In this document: positions 57,130-64,000 of the stretch, one piece after another | How the letters are laid out: each line of letters begins with the position of its first letter | Position numbering within the stretch: the stretch's first letter is position 1 | Origin: Andalucia godoyi And28 | Taxonomy: Eukaryota; Protista; Jakobida | Reading direction: 5' to 3' | DNA: 64,000 nucleotides | NCBI GenBank assembly: GCA_009859145.1 | Contig: VRVR01000026.1 | Location: 93,397-157,396, forward strand | Made by a program: the position numbers and the translations under genes | The notes under the pieces: model-generated | Told to the model about the DNA's origin: nothing | The model's database searches: none | Seen by the model: the letters and a program-made list of their open reading frames with translations, nothing else

Positions 57130-58143
57130 ATGCCGTCTGAACGTCCTGCAAAGCGAGTCAAGTTGGCCGCGTCGAAAGAAGAGCCTGAATCCGAGTCTGG
57201 AAGCGAAGATGTGTCTGAATCTGGGTCAGAAGAAGTGATGCAAGCAAGTCCTCCGTCGGCCGAAGAAGTGTTTTTCAAGGCGCAGATCATGGGACTGTTG
57301 CTTCGACGCGTGCAAATCGAGAGGTCCAAGGATGCAAAAGCACTGGAAAAGCTGCGCAAGGACACAGAGTCTCTTCGCGACAAGTACATTTCCAAGGAGG
57401 ATGCAGACAAGCTTGAGGAATTCAACAGTTCTGTCGAAGATGTTGGACAGTCCATTGGAGAACTCGATGAGGATGATATTGCTGAGCTTGAGTCGAATGC
57501 AGAAGGTATCCGGATTGTTCTGTGGGCTGCGTCTGTGCTTCCAAAGTACGAATCATCAGCAGCAACTCCTGCAAAATCAACGTCTTCATCGCCTTCGCTG
57601 CTTGAAAAGTACGATGCGGCACAGGCATTGAAGGATCTTGAGACGGCTGTGAAGAAGGGCGTGGATGCGTGGACCATCCGAAGCACCGAGGATTTGGACT
57701 CTGCGTTCGGATATGCGCGCATCTGGAGAGACCGCATGTATCTTGAGCGACTGATTGCTATGGGCGTCAATGGAGACAGCGACGATGCAGAGCAGGAAGA
57801 GTACACGAGACCAACGGCCGTGGAGTTCCAAGAAATGCTCGAGGATGTCGAGGACTTTCCGGCATCGGAACTTCAGAACGACAAGTCGGATCTTTCTATC
57901 AATGGAAAGAAGCCCGAAGACCTCGAGAAGGACGAAGTTGTGCGACTGTTCCTTGCCGCTGAATCGCGAGGAAACATCCTTCAGTTCCTCATGTTTGGAG
58001 TCATTGAAGACATGCAGTTTGCCCTGGGAGACGGAGACTTTGTCATTGAAGACGACGATGATGATGAAGAAGACGGGGATGACAACGAGGATGAAGATGA
58101 TGACAACGAGGATGAAGATGAAGATGCAGAAGATGAGGAATAG
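57130..58143 (+). CDS. Acidic nuclear protein with a DUF4272-like core
   Basis: PAKRVK NLS-like motif; EGIRIVLWA, IRS.EDL....YARIWRDR, DLSINGK...DL..DE.......ESR...L.FL; D/E tail. Domain call from remembered pattern. Confidence 0.55.
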   Translation: MPSERPAKRVKLAASKEEPESESGSEDVSESGSEEVMQASPPSAEEVFFKAQIMGLLLRRVQIERSKDAKALEKLRKDTESLRDKYISKEDADKLEEFNSSVEDVGQSIGELDEDDIAELESNAEGIRIVLWAASVLPKYESSAATPAKSTSSSPSLLEKYDAAQALKDLETAVKKGVDAWTIRSTEDLDSAFGYARIWRDRMYLERLIAMGVNGDSDDAEQEEYTRPTAVEFQEMLEDVEDFPASELQNDKSDLSINGKKPEDLEKDEVVRLFLAAESRGNILQFLMFGVIEDMQFALGDGDFVIEDDDDDEEDGDDNEDEDDDNEDEDEDAEDEE

Positions 58144-58326
58144 TTTGCTTTGGATTTGTTAGCTTGTTTTTTGGTTGGTTTTTGGATTGCTTTCCGTTGG
58201 GAGAGGTGACATCTATGTGCTCCTCCGATTGTTTGGATTTCCTTGCTGTTTTTTTTTTCCTCCAGCAATTGTTCATTTTGGTTCTGTAATGAAAAATGAA
58301 GAAACATCACTGCGAATGAATCAATG

Positions 58327-59049
58327 TTACTTGTGCTTTTTATTCTTCTTTTTTGATTTGCTGGACTCCTCTGGCGATCCCGGAACATCGTTTGAAGCCG
58401 AGCCCGCAGCAGCAGACGAAGACGGTGAGCCTGGTGTCGTCATGGACGGAGGAGCATTACCAGTGCTCATACCCGAGCCTGCGCTGCCGCCGCCACCTCC
58501 GCCTGCCGCAAGACGTGTCGTCTTGATCTGTGCCGCGATTTCCGCCAGCAATTGGCGATCCGTCTTCTTGGAGTCCACAAGCATTGCTTTCAGAGCTTCC
58601 GGCTTGACCCGTACTCGGCCCACACGGAAATAGTCTCGCGGATACGACTTGTTGAGCTCCAGAAGAATGCAGCTCCCCGGACATCCCAAAACAAGCAACG
58701 CCTGTGCGATTTCCTGTGCCTGTACAACGGCATAAAGACCTTCCGACACTGACTTTCCTTCTCCTTTGGACTTTTTGGACTCTGCCTTTGTGCTTTTCTT
58801 GGCGTTCTTCTTCATCGGCGACGACGACGACGCCTCTGTATCTGCTTCATTCATTAGTAATGACGCGGCACCGCCATTATTACTTGCGGCGGTGGCCAAC
58901 GGAGCATTAGGACACTGAGAAACAGCCAATCGACGCCCTTGCTTCACACTCAAGGTTCCATCGATCCACACTGGCCAAATGCAGTTCCATGAATTGACAT
59001 CGGACGGAACACTCGGACCCGATGCAGTCGCCGACGAAGAGCCCTCCAT
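58327..59049 (-). CDS. SRP19: Signal recognition particle 19 kDa protein
   Basis: W.CIWP.WID...SVKQGRR, EIAQAL..LG, E.NK.YPRD...GRVRV; Lys-rich tail. Confidence 0.85.
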   Translation of the reverse strand: MEGSSSATASGPSVPSDVNSWNCIWPVWIDGTLSVKQGRRLAVSQCPNAPLATAASNNGGAASLLMNEADTEASSSSPMKKNAKKSTKAESKKSKGEGKSVSEGLYAVVQAQEIAQALLVLGCPGSCILLELNKSYPRDYFRVGRVRVKPEALKAMLVDSKKTDRQLLAEIAAQIKTTRLAAGGGGGGSAGSGMSTGNAPPSMTTPGSPSSSAAAGSASNDVPGSPEESSKSKKKNKKHK

Positions 59050-59473
59050 ACTGTATAATTTTCTTTCTCCTTCTTACCTTCGCTCTTCGTAATCTGGATT
59101 TCAGAGGCTGTAAGCTGTCTGTACGTTCTTGAACAAAATAACAAATCAATAAATCAGTAAATCAGTAAAAGAGCAGAAAGGCACAATAGATCGGTGAACA
59201 CAACTTGCAGGCTTTCTCGATGCAGCATCAAGGAGCGTGCCTTGAGACCGTAGTTCCCCTAAAGGCCAAATAGTCTTTCGAAGTCTATCGTTGTTATTTT
59301 TGCACAAACACGTGTCTCCGAATGTCCATTGTCGAAGATGGCTGTCGAGTCTCATTCCAATACTGCGCACTCCTTTTTATTTTGTTTTGATTCTTCCGTT
59401 TTCATTGTTATTATTGTTCTGTTTTCTTCTTCTTCTTCTTCTTCTTCATTTTATAGGACAGGGTTACTAGTGC

Positions 59474-60502
59474 ATGCCAAAAGATCGCCGGTTCGATAAT
59501 CTTAGTGCAGAGTCGTTTCCTGCGTACTCGGCCTTGCATCCTTCCTCTTCCTCGTCCTCGTCCTCGTCCTCTTCCTCTTTCTCGTCCGCTTCTTCTGCAT
59601 CCTCTTCTTCTACAACGTCCATGGCTGTGGATGCCGCTGCCGCTGCCGGATCGATGGAAGGAGGATCCAAGCCCGAGTCGCGCATTGGGCGAACGATTCG
59701 GTTGTTTGGACCGCCTCTCTTCTTTTTAAGCACATTTTCTCTGTTTGTCTATGCAATTCACACAGTTCAGTTTGATGTTTCGGTTCCTTTGAGCAGTTCG
59801 GTGGCCCATTTGAAGCAGTCTTCGCTTCGAAAAAGAAGCATCTTGCAAGACACGGCTTCGGTCCAATTCACTATTCGCTTCCCTAAATCACCGCTGGAAA
59901 TCATGGACATTGCAGAGGTCTTGAATGTGTACACCCAGCATAACCCACTCCAGGTCTGGATGTACTTTGTCATATTGTATATTTTGCTTCAGACATTCAC
60001 GATTCCAGGATCCGTGTTTCTCTCGGTGCTTTCCGGAGCCCTCTTTTCGTTTCCTGTGGCTGTGGCGTCGACCCTGTTCGCTGCATCAGGCGGCGCTGCT
60101 TGTGCATTCTTGCTGTCCAAAACCGTTGCGAAACCAGTGGTTACGGCATTGCTGGGGTCAGAACGCATTGATAAGCTTCGTCGTCTGGTCATTGAAGGTT
60201 CTGGATCGCTCTTTTTCGTTTTGCTCGGCGCGAGAATCTCTCCTGTTTTGCCAAACTGGGCTCTGAATAACGGATGCTCGCTCGTCGGTGTGCCAATATC
60301 GTTGTTTTGGCTCACCACGGTTGTCGGGCTGGTTCCCATTACGCTGATTCATGTCTATGCTGGAACGCAGCTGCGGAACGGGTCGACGGAGATTTTGGAA
60401 TCGCCCTTCAAGGTGCTATTCGTCCTGTCGGTGCTTGGTGCTGTTGCGTGGCTTCCCAATTGGTTTATCAAGCGGAGACAGCAGAAACACAAGAATCAAT
60501 AG
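59474..60502 (+). CDS. TMEM41: TMEM41/VTT (DedA, SNARE-associated Golgi) family protein
   Basis: YILLQTFTIPGSVFLSVLSGALF, ARISPVLPNWALN, FWLTTVVGLVP. Confidence 0.88.
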   Translation: MPKDRRFDNLSAESFPAYSALHPSSSSSSSSSSSSFSSASSASSSSTTSMAVDAAAAAGSMEGGSKPESRIGRTIRLFGPPLFFLSTFSLFVYAIHTVQFDVSVPLSSSVAHLKQSSLRKRSILQDTASVQFTIRFPKSPLEIMDIAEVLNVYTQHNPLQVWMYFVILYILLQTFTIPGSVFLSVLSGALFSFPVAVASTLFAASGGAACAFLLSKTVAKPVVTALLGSERIDKLRRLVIEGSGSLFFVLLGARISPVLPNWALNNGCSLVGVPISLFWLTTVVGLVPITLIHVYAGTQLRNGSTEILESPFKVLFVLSVLGAVAWLPNWFIKRRQQKHKNQ

Positions 60503-60757
60503 TTTGTTCCTGGTCCCTGAGACCAAGGGTTAATTATCATTATCATTATTATTATTTTTTTTCTTTTTCTTTTCTGTAAAGCAAGAATGATAACAACAGC
60601 TATGAAGGGGTTAATTGGTTTACTGGATAAAAGAAAAGTGAGGGGAAAAGATTCGCTAAAGGCGCGCGCAATGTTCCAGAAGAAAGAAAAACACGTGATC
60701 GTAAGGAGGAGAAAAGGGTGAAGAGGAAGAGATTGCGAATGGGCCAGTCTCTTCAGT

Positions 60758-63700
60758 CTAGCTGGACTTCTGATTCACCGGCAGCGGCGCTCCAAGAGAA
60801 GGCGTGGACATAATCTTCTTCAGATTGCCGATCTTCATCATTGGCTGGTTCTCCTTTCCGAGGGCTTGCAAGTTGACCGATACGGTGGGCGGAGCACTCA
60901 ACGGGCGATCCGGGCCAGTGCAATCGGACGGCATACGGGCACTCAGCGGCGGGTACACAACCTCACGAGCCGCCATGGAGGGACGGGCGCTCATTGGTTG
61001 CAACGCAGCAGCAGCCTGGGCAACCTCCAGGCCTTCCTCTCCTTCAACAAACTTGACTGACTTTTTGATCTTCTTCTGACGACTGCTGACTGTCGGCTTG
61101 CAGAGACGGTCCAAAACGGATCTCGTTGTTGTTGTGGTTCCAACTGAAAAGGACGTGTCCTCGTCTTCAGAGCAAGAATCCGAAGCGTCATCAATCGGGT
61201 CCTGAGACAGCTTCTTCGCATTGAGCTTTGGTATTTCAACCTTTGGTTTTCCGGCAGGCGGGGCAGGCATCGCATTTTCTTCACGTTCGCGCGGAGTTGT
61301 CCATGCTTGTTTCATCTGCTTGAATGCCTTTCGGCGCTCAGCAAGCGAAATGTGGAACGCCATGGCATTTTCCTTGTTCTTGGTCGCAGACATTGTCACA
61401 TCATTGTTGTTGTTGTTGTTATTGCTGCTGTTGCTGCTGGTGGTCGGGACGGTATCGATGCTTGTGTTCATTGCAGCGGTGTTCGCAGATATCGCTGCAG
61501 CCTTGGTAAGAACAGCAACACCTGCTTGCGATGAAGAGGAGACACTGTGTGCACTCCCATTCGACGGCCCCAGAACAGAGGTATCCATCGACAGTGCATT
61601 GTTGTTTCGAGCAGACACCATCGAGGTGTCCATCGTTTCATCAAGTCGGGAGGCATTGACAATGGTCAACATGGTGCTTTCATTGTGCAACTCCAGCATG
61701 CTTTGGTCCGGTGCCATCATAGAAGCCTCTGCCTCTGCATGCGCCAAAGGAAGTGCGATGGGCGGCACAGCAACCGGTCGCGAGGGGCGCTCTGCATTGT
61801 GCGCAAACTTGGTCAAATTGAGCATCGGGGCCGGGGACATGAACGCTGCAGCGCCCGCACCTCCAATCGACTGCTTCGGGCCGCGAAGCGGCGTGACCAA
61901 AAAGTCCGAGTAGCTGAGTCGACGAGCATTGAGTCCCAAAAACTGCTCATCGCCGTCGAACAGCTTCACTTCCATGTTCTCAATCGTTCGCTTCTGGCGA
62001 TCAATGACGCAACTGAGCTCCATGTTCTTGATTTCCAGTTCTCGCACTTGCAAACATTGCTCAAGCGCAAAACGAGCTTCACGAGATGAAATCAGCCGCG
62101 GAACCTCATCGGCAACCTGTTTCCAATGGCGCTCGGACTCCTTGTAGCGCTCGGCGAGGTCCTTGTGCAGTTGTGCATACTTTCCAGATCCGTGCTCAAG
62201 GTTGGACACTTCACGTTGCAGAGTAATGATGCGAACAGGCATCGACTCCATTGGATCATCCGGGTGAGACTCGCTCCATTCTGCGATCTCCGACTTCTTC
62301 GAATCGATGTCCACAAGAGCCTGTCGCTCACGTTCCTCGAGCTCCATGATCGAGCGCTTCAACCGCATCAGCTCCTGGAATTGGTTGTTAATCTTGAACC
62401 GCAATGCATCCATTGTTTCCTGTTCATGCAGCCGCTTCTGCTCAATGTCGAACTCAACCTCGTCACGAAGCGCGTTGATATCCATGCTCGTCACATTGCT
62501 GGGCATGTGCTGGTGGTCCACAGCCGAACGCGCAGTTGCCTGCGTCCGAAGCTCTTCAACCTGGGCACGCAAATCTGCGATAATGCGGGTGTATTCAGAG
62601 ATGTGGAAATTGACGTTGAGAACATTACGTTCGACCTTGGTCTTGATGTTCTTTGCGCGGTTTGCATACTTGAGCGTGTTGTGCGTGTCCTCGAAGCAGA
62701 AGGAGGAAGGGGACAGAGCAGCAATCATGACCGTGCGGCAGTTTCCACCGAGAGAGTCCTTCAACAGGCGCGTGAGCTTGGAGTTTCTGTACGGAACATA
62801 TCCGGAGTTTCCCAGAGCAAGCGCGTTGATGCAGTTTCCGAGAGCCAGAAGCGACTTGTTAATGTTTGCTCCTTCTGTTAACCGGATCCCAGAGTTCTTT
62901 GTTACTGCAGCTCTTTCGGAGCCTGCAAGATCAATCAGCGAAAGCTTAGCATACCTCACATCGGTCTTGATCCCGGATGCACGATCCTGCTGTTCGATGA
63001 TGATTTGGAGGACCGCATGCGACCGCGATGACGTCGCATTTGCTTCGGTGGGGTGTTGCGTTCGGTTCCTGTTTCCCTCTTCCAACAAGCGAAGCACTTC
63101 ATCCGCATCACTTGGAGTGACCTGTGACAAGTTCGCCACACACATTCCTTTTGCCTTGTCTTCACGCAGTTCCAGTAACTGAGACTTTGTAGACGGATTC
63201 AGCAAGTCGCGGATCTGCTCGTTGTACACCTCGAGATACGACATGTAGACATTCACGGACCGATCAGCCTTGCTGTTTTCAATCGCCTTGAACAGATCAA
63301 TCATTGTCAGAACCATGACGCCCGGTCCTGAGTGATCGCAGCCCATCATCGTGTACGTCTTTCCCGCTCCTGTTGCACCATATGCAAACACAGTCGCGTT
63401 GTATCCGTTCAAAACGCCGTCAATCAGGAACTTTGTGGTTCCTTCATACACCTCCAGCTGCGTCGTGGTTCCATCAAAGATGCGGTCAAACGCATACTTC
63501 ATGTCCTTGCATCGACGCGTTGAATTTCCAAAAAAGCTGTTGCTGTCCTCATCAACCGGTCCCTGAGGATCAAACACGAGAACATTTTTGTCCAACACTC
63601 GAATAATGTTGCGAAACTTTGCTGTTCGCTCAAAGTCTGCCTCCGGGCGCACTCGAACAGTAACAAGAATATTGTCTTTTCCCTCGCTCATCTCCTGCAG

Positions 63701-63805
63701 ATGTGGATCAGAACCAGAAATCGCGCTCATCGGACGCTTTCCTCCAACTCCAACTCCGGCTCCAAGGCCAAGTGCTGAGCGTGCAGAAAGCGGTACTCTC
63801 TTCAT
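60758..63805 (-). CDS. Kinesin-8 family motor (KIF18/KIF19-like)
   Basis: NILVTVRVRP, YGATGAGKT, NATSSRSH, LIDLAGSER, VPYRNSKLTRLLKDSLGGNCRT, EDTHNTLKYANRAK; coiled-coil neck. ATG at 63805. Confidence 0.93.
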   Translation of the reverse strand: MKRVPLSARSALGLGAGVGVGGKRPMSAISGSDPHLQEMSEGKDNILVTVRVRPEADFERTAKFRNIIRVLDKNVLVFDPQGPVDEDSNSFFGNSTRRCKDMKYAFDRIFDGTTTQLEVYEGTTKFLIDGVLNGYNATVFAYGATGAGKTYTMMGCDHSGPGVMVLTMIDLFKAIENSKADRSVNVYMSYLEVYNEQIRDLLNPSTKSQLLELREDKAKGMCVANLSQVTPSDADEVLRLLEEGNRNRTQHPTEANATSSRSHAVLQIIIEQQDRASGIKTDVRYAKLSLIDLAGSERAAVTKNSGIRLTEGANINKSLLALGNCINALALGNSGYVPYRNSKLTRLLKDSLGGNCRTVMIAALSPSSFCFEDTHNTLKYANRAKNIKTKVERNVLNVNFHISEYTRIIADLRAQVEELRTQATARSAVDHQHMPSNVTSMDINALRDEVEFDIEQKRLHEQETMDALRFKINNQFQELMRLKRSIMELEERERQALVDIDSKKSEIAEWSESHPDDPMESMPVRIITLQREVSNLEHGSGKYAQLHKDLAERYKESERHWKQVADEVPRLISSREARFALEQCLQVRELEIKNMELSCVIDRQKRTIENMEVKLFDGDEQFLGLNARRLSYSDFLVTPLRGPKQSIGGAGAAAFMSPAPMLNLTKFAHNAERPSRPVAVPPIALPLAHAEAEASMMAPDQSMLELHNESTMLTIVNASRLDETMDTSMVSARNNNALSMDTSVLGPSNGSAHSVSSSSQAGVAVLTKAAAISANTAAMNTSIDTVPTTSSNSSNNNNNNNDVTMSATKNKENAMAFHISLAERRKAFKQMKQAWTTPREREENAMPAPPAGKPKVEIPKLNAKKLSQDPIDDASDSCSEDEDTSFSVGTTTTTRSVLDRLCKPTVSSRQKKIKKSVKFVEGEEGLEVAQAAAALQPMSARPSMAAREVVYPPLSARMPSDCTGPDRPLSAPPTVSVNLQALGKENQPMMKIGNLKKIMSTPSLGAPLPVNQKSS

Positions 63806-63810
63806 TCTCT

Positions 63811-63841
<31 letters not shown>

Positions 63842-64000
63842 CTCTCTCTCTCTCTTTCCGCTTGATCTTCTTGATCCAATCACTCACCAAAAAAAGAAAA
63901 CAAAAACGCTCTCAGGCTTACTCAAGAATAATCTCTCTCTTACACGCAAAGCCGCACTCACTCTCTCGCACAATCACACACACACACACACTCTCTCTCT

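Overview
This is a gene-dense, intron-poor eukaryotic (protist-like) window with about 30 mostly housekeeping or metabolic genes, AT- and microsatellite-rich intergenic DNA, and a few GT-AG introns (KATNAL2, IMPase, one hypothetical gene). The standout feature is a set of short intergenic non-autonomous transposons derived from IS607-type elements (TnpA serine recombinase plus TnpB/Fanzor2). Family 1 lies at 11610 (5' part only), 23116-23481, 34669-35031 and 49225-49673. Family 2 lies at 18641-19102 and 37867-38634. A third TnpA HTH relic sits near 12132-12248. Both families share a left junction RCCG|YTG and a right end AGTGTAYAATRTWRGCG. They carry eroded TnpA/Fanzor motifs (RIKKMHPSQEQRVTLRRW, VTEEYVSKTCGRCG, CPSC, IDRDWNGARNI) and a hairpin-rich 3' segment that fits an omega-RNA scaffold. 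Each of the five right ends is followed by a different flank, which would be its guide. No intact Fanzor or TnpA ORF is in the window. Also notable: a decayed GULO/ALO-family lactone oxidase pseudogene, a bacterial-type RNase HII lacking its catalytic Glu, two candidate Ig-fold transcription factors and a DUF4272-like protein with an NLS and acidic tail. All family assignments come from motif recognition by eye; no database searches were run.
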